Below are positions 22,975 to 33,750 of a DNA stretch of 64,000 nt, piece by piece. Source of the DNA: Leucoraja erinacea (Eukaryota); the NCBI RefSeq assembly GCF_028641065.1, contig NC_073380.1:66216001-66280000 (forward strand), read 5' to 3'. Numbering within the stretch: position 1 is the first letter of the stretch; each line of letters starts with the position of its first letter. The position numbers and the translations under genes are program-made. The notes below the pieces were generated by a model. The model was not told the origin of the DNA and did no database searches. It was given only the letters and a program-made list of their open reading frames with translations.

Positions 22975-23370
22975 TACTATTCTGTATGATTCAATAAGGT
23001 CCCCCCCTCATTCTTCTAAACTCCAGTGAGTACAGTCCTGGTGCGGTCAAACACTTACCAATAATTCCTGCGGTCATTCTTGAAAAAACTTCTCTGGACC
23101 CTCTCCAATGCCAGCACATCCTTCCTCAGATATGGGGCCCAAATCTCCTCACATCACTCCAAATGCAGTCACCAATGAGGTTGATAGTAGTTCAGCATTG
23201 TTCTATGGTTGAGGTATGATGAGTCAGTTGCCTGATAACAGCTGGGAAGAACAACAGTCCATGAATCTGGAGGCGTGCGTTTTCACATTTCTATACCTTT
23301 CGCCTGATGGGAGGGGGGAGAAGAGTGATTGGCCAGGGTGCGACTAATCCTTGATTACGCTGCTGGCCAC
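22975..23370 (-). mobile_element. adjacent CR1 (about 22975-23175) and Rex1-type (about 23175-23370) fragments
   Basis: tcattcttctaaactccagtgagtac...cacatccttcctcagatatgggg (CR1); cctgataacagctgggaaga...gcctgatgggaggggggagaagag (Rex1). Confidence 0.6.
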
Positions 23371-24199
23371 CCCAATACCAGTGACGCAACAGCTAGCACT
23401 CTGCTTCACAGCCCTGTTGACCTGGATTCTTTGTTGATTTCAGTTGCTGCCTGTTGTGGAGTTTGCATGTTCTTCTTGTGACTGTTTATTTGCTCTCACC
23501 CTCCCAAACACCAAAAACATGCTGGTTCATAAGCTCTGTTTTACTGCAAGTTACTCCGAGTGCAATTGGATTACAGGAAAATGAGTACCACGTGAGATAG
23601 AATGGGTTACAGGGAAAGAAATGAGAGAATGGGATTGCTCTGCATACGCTTGATAGGCTGAATCGCCTCTTTCTATGTTTTTATGTAATATGAGAAAATA
23701 ATATTTCTACATTGGCAGTTTTCCAGGTTTAAAGAAGAGTCATTAATGTGACAGTTTGAGACTGATCCTTTCTCCATGGACACTACCAAACCTGCTGAGC
23801 TTCATATCATTATCTGTTTATGTTCCAATCACTATCTTGGGGTAAGAATTACAATTGACTTCTTATTTCAATAAACTCCACTAACTTTTCCCTGTCTAAC
23901 AGTATACAGTTATGCTCTGCAAACATTCACACGGGTAATTCTGTGCATAGCAGCTGCTGTATAAATGTGGAAGGATATAAAACATTGCTTTAAAAAGCAT
24001 GACATTAAATGAGCAATGGTTAACATTTAAAGAAATTATGCTTAAAAAATATACCTTAAGGAATTAATCCCCAAATGGAGCAGGTCTAATTAGCAAGAAA
24101 AGTTACAGATAGCACTGGATCAAAGAAAATAGTTTATAAATTTGACGAAAAGCACAGTGAATTTGAAGTGTTAATATTTCAGCGAAGGAAGATCAAGAA

Positions 24200-25170
24200 A
24201 TTGATAAGAGTGGGAAGAGTAGAAATAATCCAGTGAGAAAGACAAAGATAAACTGTAAGAGTTTCTGTGGCTATGTAAAAGGGAAGACATTTGCAAAGGT
24301 CAGTGTGAAAGCCTTCCTTCCAGAATTGGGGAATATTTATTGAGGAAGAAAGAAAAAGTTGGGATTAAAGAACAGTTTAGTGCTTGTGCCAATAAAAAAA
24401 ATGCACAACAAATCCTCCAGAAAAAGTGCAAAATAACAGGTTTAGAGTGAATGAAGAACTAAAAGAAATTAGCATTAATAAAAGATGCATTTTGGAGAAA
24501 TTAGTGGAACTGTTTATGTTCTCAGACCTGTTGTCCTGCATCCCAAGGTTCAGGAAGAGGTGCCAATAGAGCAGGTTATGGAATCACAGAAGTGAATCTA
24601 TGGAGAAACATGACCAAGCATTGGTGTAATCTTTCAAAATTCCACATTGCAGAATGGTTCACTGAAATTAGAACATAGAAAATGTAACTACACTATTTGA
24701 GAAAGGAAGAAGAGTGGAAGACCAAACAGCAGACCTGTTGATTGTATTATTAAAATAAGTAATCACAATGGCTTTAAAAAATCAGGAGGACTGGTGGAGT
24801 CAACATGGATTTATGAAAGGGAACCAACACCTATTCTTCTTCTTTAATTAGCAGTATGTACAAGGAAGAAACAATGAATATGGTGTATTTGATAATTGAG
24901 AGGCTTTTGATAAATTAATCCTCAAGAGATTATTAAATAAAATAAGAGAACATGGGCAGAAGGATCATACACTGGCATAGACTGAAGATTAATCAATAGA
25001 TGGAAAGGGCCAATAAGAACAAGCAGGTTATTTTTGAGAAGGGAAGCTCTGATTAATGGGGTGTTATGGGAATGTGCTGTAGTCCCTGCTTTTCGCAAGC
25101 TATATCAAAGATTTGTATGAAGGGATTAAGTGCAATGTTGCCAAGTGGTATAAATGTGAGGTGGTAATAA
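24200..25170 (+). mobile_element. old, heavily decayed CR1 ORF2 fragment
   Basis: agtcaacatggatttatgaaaggga (SQHGFMKG), ggtgtatttg...ggcttttgataa (VYL..AFDK). Confidence 0.7.
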
Positions 25171-25532
25171 CTTGGTTGCAGTGTGGGTTGTAAGAAGATC
25201 TTCAACCATGTCCTCCCTGTAATCGATGAGCTATCCTTTGGATCACAGTGCAAATTCTGTCTATGTAAATACACTGTGGTTGTGATCTTCACCACAAGAC
25301 ATTTCCAAGATAAATTCAGAGAGCAGCACTAGCCATTATCCATGACCTTCCTCAACTGACTCCATCATTATGACTCCATCAATCGAGAGAGATATGGAGC
25401 ATTCTCTTCAAATATGACAACACAGAGAAATTTATCCCCATCTTATGCTTGTACCACGAACATGCGAGCTATGATATTAATGAATGGATCTGTAAAGCAT
25501 CTATCTCAATATAGAGCCAAACAAGTGTGCAT

Positions 25533-25720
25533 TATAATAATAATAATAATAATAATAATAATCTTATTTATATAGCACATTTTAGTCAACTTGCATTTAC
25601 CCCATGCTCATTATACAGCCATTTACACACAGGCAAAGGTGGGTGCAAGTGTCTTGTTCCAACAACGACAGTATCTCCAAGCGGGATCGAATACCTTCCG
25701 GTTTAGCCCATTGTGCCTGC
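25533..25720 (-). mobile_element. second, internally deleted CORE-like SINE copy with (TTA)n tail
   Basis: Shares cttatttatatagcacattttagtcaacttgcatt and ggcaaaggtgggtg with 21960-22179. Confidence 0.65.
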
Positions 25721-25744
25721 ACACTCAACCCGCTGCACCAACGG

Positions 25745-25970
25745 CACCAACAGACCTGGGTTTAATCCTGATCTTGGCTGTAGTCCGTATGGAGTCTGCA
25801 TGTTTGCCCTGTGACAGCGTAGTTTTCCACCAGGTACTCTTGATTTCCACCCATATCCAAAAACATGTGGGATTGTAGGTTAATTGGCCTCTGTAAGTTG
25901 CCTCTTGTGTATAGGAGTGGATGTGAAAGTGGTCGGTTGGTTGGTTGGCATGGACTCAGTGGGCTGACAT
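25745..25970 (+). mobile_element. V-type SINE, decayed
   Basis: cagacctgggtttaatcctgatc...gtatggagtctgcatgtttgccctgtgac. Confidence 0.6.
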
Positions 25971-26001
25971 GCCAGTTAATTCCCAGGGATGGCGGGACTG
26001 T

Positions 26002-27280
26002 CATATGCTGAGAGAATGGAGCGGCTGGGCTTCTACACTCTGGAATTTAGAAGGATGAGAGGGTATCTTCTTGAAACATAGAAAGATGAGTGTATAGGAA
26101 TGCATTAACGAGTGAATACTGCTACAGCCAGATTTACAAGAAACATAGAAACATAGAAAATAGGTGCAGGAGTAGGCCATTCGGCCCTTCGAGCCTGCAC
26201 CGCCATTCAATATGATCATGGCTGATCATCCAACTCAGTATCCTGTACCTGCCTTCTCTCTATACCCCCTGATCCCTTTAGCCACAAGGGCCACATCTAA
26301 CTTCCTCTTAAATATAGCCAATGAACTGGCCTCAACTACCTTCTGCGGGAGAGAATTCCAGAGATTCACCACTCTCTGTGTGAAAAAAGATTTTTCCTCA
26401 TCTCGGTCCTAAAAGATTTCCCCTTTATCCTTAAACTGTGACCCCTTGTTCTGGATTTCCCCAACATCGGGAACAATCTTCCTGCATCTAGCCTGTCCAA
26501 CCCCTTAAGAATTTTGTAAGTTTATATAAGATCACCCCTCAATCTTCTAAATTCTAGCGAGTACAAACCGAGTCTATCCAGTCTTTCTTCATATGAAAGT
26601 CCTGACATCCCAGGAATCAGTCTGGTGAACCTTCTCTGTACTTCCTCTATGGCAATAATGTCTTTCCTCAGATTAGGAGACCAAAACTGTACGCAATACG
26701 CCAGGTGTGGTCTCACCAAGACCCTGTACAACTGCAGTAGAACCTCCCTGCTCCTATACTCAAATCCTTTTGCTATGAATGCTAACATACCATTCGCCTT
26801 CTTCACTGCCTGCTGCACCTGCATGCCTACTTTTAATGACTGGTGTACCATGACACCCAGATCTCGTTGCATCTCCCCCTTTCCTAATCGGCCACCATTC
26901 AGATAATAATCTACTTTCCTGGATAGGATTATTAAGGGTCTGGACACGCTAGAGGCAAGAAACTTGTTCCCGATGTTGGGGGAATCCAGAACCAGGGGCC
27001 ACAGTTTAAGCATTTGGGGTAAACCATTTAGAACTTAGATGAGAAAACACTTTTTCACTCAGAGAGTTGTGAGTCTGTGGAATTCTCTGCCTCAGAGGGT
27101 GGTTCTCTGGATACTTTCAAGAGAGAGCTAGATAGGGCTCTTGAAGATAGCATAGTCAGTGGATATGGGGAGAAGGCTGGAACGGGGTACTGATTGTGGA
27201 TCAGCCATGATCACATTGAATGGCGGTGCTGGCTTGAAGGGTGGAATGGTCTACGTCTGCACCTATTGTCTATTGTTTTC
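26002..27280 (+). mobile_element. CR1 3' fragment (plus) split by an antisense CR1 insertion
   Basis: 26002-26079 ...ggaatttagaaggatgagagggtatcttcttgaaacata continues at about 26922 with ggattattaagggtctggac. Confidence 0.8.
26080..26921 (-). mobile_element. CR1 family A copy with a 59-bp 3' extension
   Basis: ORF 26522-27013 RDLGVMVHQSLKV...LVRPHLAYCVQFW; tail followed by a segment identical to 690-748. Confidence 0.9.
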
Positions 27281-27375
27281 ACATATTGACTTCAATCCCA
27301 CTAATTTATTCAATAGACATATTTTATTGAGATCAATAAATGGATCGATGGATCAATTGATCATTCGATCAATCG

Positions 27376-27387
27376 ATCAATCAATCT

Positions 27388-27460
<73 letters not shown>
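27376..27460. repeat. (TCAA)n microsatellite
   Basis: About 20 TCAA units visible. Confidence 0.95.
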
Positions 27461-27461
<1 letters not shown>

Positions 27462-27810
27462 CTTTGAACCTCCCATAAATGCAAGCATTGGTGATGAATT
27501 CACTACACCCTTCAATGCACTAGCACCCTTCATGCCTTAGCTTGAGCGATGACAAGGGTGTTTGAAGATCAAGACCTCATACTTGGCTCAAAATGCAAGG
27601 TCCACTAGCCAACAGGGATGTTTGTCCTCCTGTATGCCTTTGAGACCTGACTTACCTTCAGAAGATAAATCAAGGCATTGGAAAAATAGTAAACACAAAA
27701 TGCTGGAGTAGCTCAGGTCATCGAAACATAGAAAATAGGTGCAGTAGGGAGGTCATTCGGCCCTTCGAGCTAGCACCGTCATTCATTATCATCACGGCTG
27801 ATCGTCCCCA

Positions 27811-28480
27811 ATAGGAAAGGACTGCAGATGCTGGTTTAAATTGAAGGTAGACACAAAATGCTGGAGTAGCTCAGCGGGTCAGGCAGCATCTGTGGAGAGA
27901 AGGAATGGGTGACGTTTCGGGTCGAGACCCTTCTTCAGACTGAAGCCAGAGGAGGGGCTGGGATAAAGATACAATGTAGTCGGAGACAGTAAGACTAGTG
28001 GGAGACCTGGGAAGGGAAAGAGAAAGCAAGGATTACCTGAAGTTAGAGAAGTTGCTTTCCCTCTCCATCCACTCCACCTTCCCAGTTTTCCCACTAGTCT
28101 AGCTGTCTCCGACCCCATAGCAGAAGCGTCCACATCATGGGTTTGGAAACTGGAAGTATCCCGAGCTAATTCTGTTACCATCATCTATTGCAACAAGTGA
28201 TGGCTCCCTCTGATTTTCGCCGGAAGCTTGCGTCCTGTTCAGGACGGACAATGACAGCGATGTCAACATTTGAAACATGGAAGATGGACACGAAAGAAGA
28301 CTGTCTCCGACTACATTCTATCTTTATCTCGTCCCCTTACCTGACATTAGCCTGAAGAAGGGTCTCGACCCGAAACATCACCCATTCCTTCTCTCCAGAG
28401 ATGCTGCCTGACCCGCTGAGCTACTCCAGCATTTTGTGTCTACTTTCGATTTAAACAGCATCTGCAGTTCTTTCCTACAC
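27811..28480. mobile_element. inverted pair of Penelope pLTR fragments
   Basis: About 27815-27990 is the reverse complement of about 28299-28478; both carry CTGAAGAAGGGTCTCGACCCGAAAC. Confidence 0.85.
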
Positions 28481-28922
28481 AGTGGGAAAATAGTATCCAC
28501 TAAAATTTCCAAATTCATTGAAAGGATAAGCAAACCAGGTTCATTGACTTCTCACAAGTCAACGTCTCCACCATTAAAGGTCTGGATATATTCAGTCAGC
28601 TATATTGGGCAGGCTATATTGTTCCCACAAGCTCTGGTAACAGATATTCTATTCCAAGCACTTTCATGGGATGGAAGAGAAGAAAATACAAGCGTATGCT
28701 CAAAATATCTCCCTGAAGAAATACAACTTTCCCACTATGGAATCTCTGGCTTATATCTGCTCAAAACGGATACAGAATATTTGCAATGGTACTGAGAATT
28801 TTGACCATACACCAGGAGCAGAAAGATGTCCCGCATAAGTGGCTGAAGGAACATGCCATATTACAAAGTTCACAGAATATAAGCAGAAAATGCTGGGAAA
28901 ACTCAGCAGGTCAGGCAGCATC

Positions 28923-30154
28923 CTGAACCCAGGACTCTGGACACCGCCGCCAGAATGTCGTCCCAGCCACCGGAGCACCGTCCCAGCCCCCGGACCGGAA
29001 GTGGCGGCGCTGCCCTGGCAGCAGCGGCTCACCTGCAGTCCGCTGGTTTTTACTTTTTTGTATTGTTTTTTTTCGTTCTTGTCTAGTTATGTTTTTGGTT
29101 TTTAGGCTGTGTTTATGTGGGGAGGGGGGTGGGGGGTGAAACGGGGGCTGCTGTCACTCCCTTCGGGGGAATACAACCTTTTTGTCGTATCCCCCTTCTT
29201 TGCCTCCGTCTACGCTGAGGCCTAGCGGAGCCGGCGACCTCGGGACTCTGGAGGCAGCTGACAGGACTCGTCCTGGGCTCGCTCCCGGCCCAGCCCGGGA
29301 TGGAACGGTGCCCCCGTGAGAGCGGCATGGTGAGGGGCTGGAGTGGCCCAGCCCAACGGCACTCCCGTCAGAGTGGGCCAGCCCGAAGGAGGACGGCACT
29401 CCCGTCGGAGTGGCCCAGCCCGAGGGAGGAACGGCACTCCCGTCGGAGTGTCCCAGCCCGAGGGAGGAACGGTACTCCCGCTGGAGTGGCCCAGCCCGAA
29501 GGAGGAACGGCACTCCCGTCGGAGTGGCCCAGCCTGAGGGAGGAACGGCACTCCCGCTGGAGTGGCCCAGCCCGAGGGAGGAACGGCACTCCCGTCGGAG
29601 TGGCCCAGCCCGAGGGAGGAACGGCACTCCCGCTGGAGTGGCCCAGCCCGAGGGAGGAACGGCACTCCCGCTGGAGTGGCCCAGCCCGAGGGAGGAACGG
29701 TACTCACGTGAGGGCGATCTGGTCCGGGGGCTGGGACGGTGCTCCGGTGGCTGGGACGACGTTCTGGCGGCGGTGTCCAGAGTCCTGGGTTCAGCCGCGG
29801 GCCGGCGGCTGCGTGTGCTGGACTGGAGGTGCGGCGGCTTCGACCACCCCGGGCCGCAGTGTTTGAACCGGCCCGTTCGCGGGGTTCGGTGAGCTGCGGG
29901 ACTGTTTACACCATCGCCCGGTGGGGAATTGCCTCAGCGCAGAGGGAGAAGAGGGAAGAGACTGCAGCCCTAAGATTTTTGCCTCCACCACAGTGAGGAG
30001 GTGTTTGGAGGACTCACTGTGGTGGATGTTAATTTGTGTTTATTGTTGTTCATTATTGTACCATTGTATGTATGACTGCAGGCACGAAATTTCGTTCAGA
30101 CCGTAAGGTCTGAATGACAATAAAGGAAATTCAATTCAATTCAATTCAATTCAA
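28923..30154 (+). mobile_element. GC-rich non-autonomous retroposon with Rex1-like 3' stem-loop and (AATTC)n tail, inserted in a Penelope pLTR
   Basis: 3' end aatttcgttcagaccgtaaggtctgaatgacaataaagg followed by aattc repeats; host ...caggcagcatc|tgcgaaaagagaa rejoined across it; related copy at 50338-51087 (-). Confidence 0.7.
29339..29705. repeat. 38-bp GC-rich tandem minisatellite, about 9 copies
   Basis: Unit ggagtggcccagcccgagggaggaacggcactcccgtc with period 38 (for example 29407 to 29445). Confidence 0.95.
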
Positions 30155-33100
30155 TCTGCGAAAAGAGAAATGGAGTTAATTTTTCAGATCGAAGACCCTT
30201 TCATGACAACTGGGAAAGAGAGAAAAGTTGGCTTTAAGTAGCAGAGAGTTGCGGCTGTTGGGACGGGGGTGGGGGAGGAGGGTAGAAATAATAGGACAAA
30301 GTCTCTGTAGAGTGGGGCCGGGTCTGCTGTGAGGCCACGCTGTAGATGGTGTCTCCAATTTCATAGGTCAATGAGATCAATTTCATAGGTCAAATTGTCG
30401 AATTCAAAATTGAGTCTATAAGGCTGCAACATGCCCAGGTGGAAAATGAGGTGCTGTTCCATAAATGTATGTTGTGCCCCTTATAACAATGCTGTAGGCC
30501 ACAGTCCCATACGTCAGAGTGGTAGTGGGATGGTGAATTTTATTTCAAAGTCACGTGAGTGACTACGTGAAGAGCCTGCCAGCCCGCATGCGCGTCAATA
30601 CGTCGACGCATGACGCGGGAATTGGAGCAGTTCGAAACTGCTCCAGCAGGTAGGCCAAATTTTGGTTTCAGGAACGGGCTGCTGAGGTGCAGCGGGCCCG
30701 GAGTAGCTGACGGGTGCAGCCTGTGGAGCTGCCGCCATTGGAGCTCCAAACGGGAGCAGGCGGCCGGATTTGGAGAGGCTGCCAGTGAGGTTCCGAACGG
30801 GACCAGGCGGCCGGATTTGGAGAGGCCACCATGGAGGCTCCGTAAGGAGCTGGCGGGATGGAAAATTGCAGCTGTCTGCATGGCCAGGTCAGTGACCATT
30901 GCGGAGGCTCAGCAGGAGCTGGTGGTTTAAAAATAGCGGCTGCCGGCTTCGGCCAGGACAGTGACCGCCATGGAAGCTCAGCTGGAGCTGGCGGGTTTAC
31001 AAAAATAGCGGCTGTCGTTCTGCGACTGCTGTGGCAGAATGGGGCTCCACTGGAGCAGGTGGCTGTTTTGGAGCATCTGACGGGCAATGCCTGTTCAGAT
31101 TGGAGCTCTGAAAGGGAGTCAGCCAGAGGCCTGAGGAGGCAACATCTGGTTCAGGGTTGGGTTCTATTTCCTCCCATAAGAAGCTCCATTGAGGCTCCAG
31201 AAGGGAGCAAGGACTTGGAGTCACCAGCAGGCGCAACCAGTCTAGTGAGTAAATAAATGAATAAACAAATAAACAAATAAATAAAGAGAAAATAAATGGA
31301 TGAATAAATAAATAAAATGGAAAAAAGGAAATGTGCTCCTAGCTCAGGAAACATTTACAGGCTGTGTCAGTCAGTTGCCTGTTGGAGCAACACCTGGTTT
31401 AGGGTTGTGTTATAATATCTCCCGTTCAGCAGAAGGGAAGCAATACCTGGCTCAGGGCTGCGTTATAATATTTTCCGCTCAGAAGAGGGGAGTGTTGGAG
31501 ATTCTTACATAGGTGACTCCAACTATGTGAATATCGATAAAGAAATCGAATCCCTGAACTAATGGGGGATATGCTTCATTTTTAATCATATGAAGGAACT
31601 ACCGGCTCTTGTCACATATTTTCCATCGCTTTGGGGATAGGAGATACACTGGAGGAAGATCTGGCTAAAAGTATCAGGGAAAAATGCCAGTCCAGATAAT
31701 TGCCACATCTCTGGATGTACCATCAGTCAATTTCATCAGTTGCGATATCCTAGTGATGATGTGTAGGCAAGAATTATGTCAGTAAGTCCAAAAGCAGCTC
31801 TGCAGTCTTTATGGCCTTTTGCAAGTCAGTAAATGGGTTTCAACACTTGGAAGTGCAGAAAGCTGCATTATCACTTCTCTGTAATACACAGTTGGGGCTA
31901 TTGCCTTCACAAGATGTTATAAAGCATGAGATAATTCCCAAAATGGCTCATTTTTACAGGGCCAGTAACATGCAGCCTGCATAGTATCTCTTCAGAGAGG
32001 ACTTATGTAGCAAGTTGAAGACTTGCGGGGCAGGAGTTTAACGCTGCGAGGGTTATACCCATTCTATGTGGGTAAAGCTCCAGTATTCCGGTGGGTTTTC
32101 ACCCTGTATTCAAGGAGCAGGAAGCGCCGTTGAAGCTCTGGAAAGGAGCAGTCGGGCCTCGCAAGAACAGCTTGTAGCATGGCAAGCGTGACCTGTCCAG
32201 TGAGCCCCACTGAGGCTCTGAAGGAACAACTGGCTAAAGGAACAGCCTGTCGATCCAGGCTGGGAGAATCTGGCAGCGCGACCTGTACAGTCAGCTCCAG
32301 CAAAGGCTTCAAAAAAGGCAGAAGGCCGCAGGAGTAGCCTGTCGAGGCAGGCTCGGGGTTATGGCAGGCGTGGCCTGTTCAGTAAGCTCCGCTAAGGCTC
32401 CGAAGGAGCAGAAGGGGTCGAAGGAGCGGCCTGTCAAACCAGGCTGGGAATAACTGGTAGCGTGACCTGCACAGTAAAGCTCCAGCAAGGCTCTAAAGGG
32501 GCTGTAGGCCGAAGAAGTAGTATGTCCCATTCGGCTCAGAAATGCTGGCAGGTGTGCCTTGCACAGCAGTATCACTTTTGAGCTCTGGAAACGAGCTGTT
32601 TGACAAGCGTGGGGTTGAAGTTGTGACCAGACAGGGTCTGCAATGGAACTTCGCTGAAGCTCCAACAAGCAGGTCGACCTGGGCATTGAGACGCTGGCAG
32701 GTAAGGTCTCTTTATTAACCGCCGTAAAACTCCGAAATGGAGCAGTCCATCGCCCCGGGTTTGGATTTACTGGCAGCATAGACTGTCTAGTACTTTTCAC
32801 TGTCTCTGGAGTAGATCAGGTTAATGCAGAAACATTGGCAGGGTGCCTTGCATAGCAACCTCTGTAAGTTCCAAGTAGGAACAGCTTGGCTATACTGGTT
32901 CAGGTTAGAACATCTCGGAACTGGCTGGCCATATGGAACATATTGACCAGGGACGTACTGCCTTAACGTCTGTGATTGAGGTTATCAGGCAGCTCAGTAG
33001 AGTGAGGTAGTTTGAGGTTTCCCTCAACCCATTTTTTTAACTCAGTTAGTAGAGTTGCCAGTTCATTGGAAACATCTTTGCCATCCTCTCTGGGATAGGT

Positions 33101-33184
33101 AGCTACCAGCAGAAAGCCGGTCTGGCATGTGGCATTTTTTATCTGACCTGCAGGTTCATGTTGTGAATAAAAAAAAATATATAA

Positions 33185-33750
33185 CTAGACTAAGTGGGAC
33201 CCGTTGGGTCCCAGCATCACACGGGAGGGTTGGTCACCAACGCAATATTCCACCTTTCCACCAATTCCAATACTGCTCACCAGTGGGGGGGGGGGGCTGT
33301 CTGTTGCGCTATATGGGGTGTTGCAGGTACTGTATAGTCTGAAGGGCTAGTATAGACGTTGTGGGCCATATGAATGTTTGGCCAGGCATCCAACTGTTGC
33401 AACAATTTTAAAAGCCAAACCAAGGCAAACAATTGGGCTGCAGCCACCTGAGAACCAAAATTAATTTTGTGAACACAAACTTGTCAAAAAGTGGAGGGAA
33501 ACAATTGGGCTGCAGACACCCAACAACCAAAATTCATTTTGAGAACACAAACTTGTCAAAAAGGAGAGGCAAACAATTGGGCTGCAGACACCCGACAACC
33601 AAAATTAATCTAGTGAACACAAACTTGTTAAAAAAGGCGAGGCAAACAATTGGGCCGCAGACGCCCGACAACCAAAATTCATTTTGTGAACACAAACTTG
33701 TTAATAAAAGGCGAGGCAAACAATTGGGCTGCAGACACCCGACAACCAAG
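33185..33750 (-). mobile_element. Helitron-like non-autonomous element 3' part, nested in DIRS #2
   Basis: Minus strand ends GGGACCC-AAC-GGGTCCC-acttagt-CTAG-T (hairpin plus CTRR); homologous copy at 51300-51461. Confidence 0.6.
33423..33749. repeat. about 72-74-bp tandem repeat, about 4.5 copies
   Basis: Unit aggcaaacaattgggctgcagacacccgacaaccaaaattcattttgtgaacacaaacttgtcaaaaaggcg. Confidence 0.92.

Noticed and set aside
29339-29705. Regularly spaced repeats resembling a CRISPR array, with several overlapping 150-190-aa ORFs
   Set aside because: Head-to-tail 38-bp units with no unique spacers in vertebrate DNA; the ORFs result from stop-poor GC-rich repeats.
32064-32800. ORFs of 82 and 163 aa on the minus strand in DIRS #2
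   Set aside because: Antisense to the element, over degenerate repeats, with no recognisable domain.
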